Positions 62,922-64,000 of a DNA stretch of 64,000 nt are shown piece after piece. The stretch's first letter is position 1, and every line of letters starts with the position of its first letter. The notes under the pieces are model-generated. The model saw nothing but the letters and a program-made list of their open reading frames with translations. It was not told the DNA's origin and ran no database searches. The position numbers and the translations under genes were made by a program. Source of the DNA: Spirochaetia bacterium (GTDB lineage: Bacteria; Spirochaetota; Spirochaetia; CADAEX01); contig CAXXHA010000001.1 in the NCBI GenBank assembly GCA_963662265.2, positions 160,001-224,000 on the forward strand, written 5' to 3'.

Positions 62922-64000
62922 ATGGTAATCAATATTAAAACAGCATCAGAAAAACCCCGTTTCAACATAAAAGCAAACAGGGCTTTTACCATAATACGTA
63001 AATATTCATTCTTCTTTACACTGCTTGTAGCGGTCGGAGGACAGTTTGAACCGAAGATAGGACTTCTGGTAATACCTGTTATTATAGGGCTTATTCTGTT
63101 CTCTTTTTTCAAGGGCAGATTCTGGTGCGGAAATATATGCGCCCATGGAAGTCTTTTCGATTCACTTCTTCTTCCTTTCAGCAGAAACAGCAGCATCCCG
63201 GGCTTTTTCAAATGGAAAATAGTATCAATACTGTTTTTATCATGGTTTTTATCATGGTTTTCATTCAGACTGATATCCCGTTTCATACGGATTGCAGGGC
63301 TCTACGGAACACTTGCATTCTGGGATAAAATAGGTTTTGTTTTTGTAAGCAGTTATGTAATGGTTACTCTGCTTGGAGGAATTTTGGGACTGTTCATAAG
63401 TCCCAGAACATGGTGTAATTTCTGCCCCATGGGTGTCATGCAGAAAGCATCATATTTTCTGGGGAAAAAAATCAATGTGACAAAAATCACTGATGAGAAA
63501 ATAACAGTTTCTGATAAAGACCAGTGCCACAAGTGCGGAAAATGCGCAAGGGTATGTCCGATGCAGCTTGTACCATATGAAAATTTCTCCGGTTCAAACC
63601 AGTTCGATAATATAAACTGTCTCAAGTGTTCAACATGTGTAGCCCACTGCCCGGCACAGATACTTACACTTGCAAATGAGACAACTTCAGAATTCATGAT
63701 GAAGAACATAAACAGGGAAGCAGGGAAAAACAGGAAGAGATTTGAAACTGTACTGCTTAGAATCAGATCACTGAAAGAAGATGTCAGAGAATTTATTTTC
63801 CAGCTGGATGACAGAGATATCAAGTTCCGATCCGGCCAGTTCATACTTGTAAAAATTAAAGACAATCCTGAAATGTTCCGGGCTTTTTCAGTTTCCTTCT
63901 TTGATGAGGTAAACAGCAGAATAGGTGTAACTGTCAAGAAGGTTCCGGGCGGATATGGTACAGATATTCTTTTCAGGGATTTCTCAGAAGGGATGAATGT
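62922..64000 (+). CDS. membrane 4Fe-4S (NapH / polyferredoxin-like) protein fused to an FNR-type FAD-binding domain (runs off the window)
   Basis: Not in the ORF track. Manual translation from ATG 62922 (GGAGG RBS) gives GRFWCGNICAHG, PRTWCNFCPMG, CHKCGKCARVCP, CLKCSTCVAHCP, then FRSGQF...RAFSVS. Confidence 0.85.
   Translation, partial: MVINIKTASEKPRFNIKANRAFTIIRKYSFFFTLLVAVGGQFEPKIGLLVIPVIIGLILFSFFKGRFWCGNICAHGSLFDSLLLPFSRNSSIPGFFKWKIVSILFLSWFLSWFSFRLISRFIRIAGLYGTLAFWDKIGFVFVSSYVMVTLLGGILGLFISPRTWCNFCPMGVMQKASYFLGKKINVTKITDEKITVSDKDQCHKCGKCARVCPMQLVPYENFSGSNQFDNINCLKCSTCVAHCPAQILTLANETTSEFMMKNINREAGKNRKRFETVLLRIRSLKEDVREFIFQLDDRDIKFRSGQFILVKIKDNPEMFRAFSVSFFDEVNSRIGVTVKKVPGGYGTDILFRDFSEGMN

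Noticed and set aside
62900-63937. Minus-strand ORFs of 128 aa and 194 aa, including an NHDK repeat
   Set aside because: They are shadows of the + strand Fe-S/FAD gene, which the ORF track missed because it has no stop in the window.
1-64000. CRISPR arrays, IS elements, prophage or defence genes
   Set aside because: I saw no regularly spaced direct repeats and no transposase, integrase or phage motifs. The trypsin-like gene lacks the nuclease or NTPase neighbours typical of defence loci.

Overview
An AT-rich bacterial chromosome segment, most likely from a free-living anaerobic spirochaete. The basis is inference: a PlzA-like protein, an ODP plus soluble chemoreceptor pair, and a 'VFAGGSSE'-type binding-protein N-terminus. 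It is mainly accessory metabolism and signalling. There are three sigma54-type amino-acid catabolic units, a fructokinase / sucrose-phosphate synthase-phosphatase / sucrose phosphorylase cluster, and a TRAP transporter with an SBP-HK-RR sensor. It also has a BCCT transporter coupled to an atypical trypsin-like protein, and a guanine-type purine riboswitch with unusual loops ahead of an NCS2 permease and adenine deaminase. The c-di-GMP and chemotaxis set is dense: 2 GGDEF, EIIC-EAL, 2 HD-GYP, a PilZ-like protein, 3 MCPs and ODP. The most unusual protein is a 516-aa protein with a split HPr domain, located near an EIIC-EAL fusion. Several genes are broken by single-base indels, mostly in homopolymers, which are probably assembly errors. 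I found no rRNA, intact tRNA, CRISPR array, transposase or integrase. All family calls come from recognising motifs by eye; no database searches were run.
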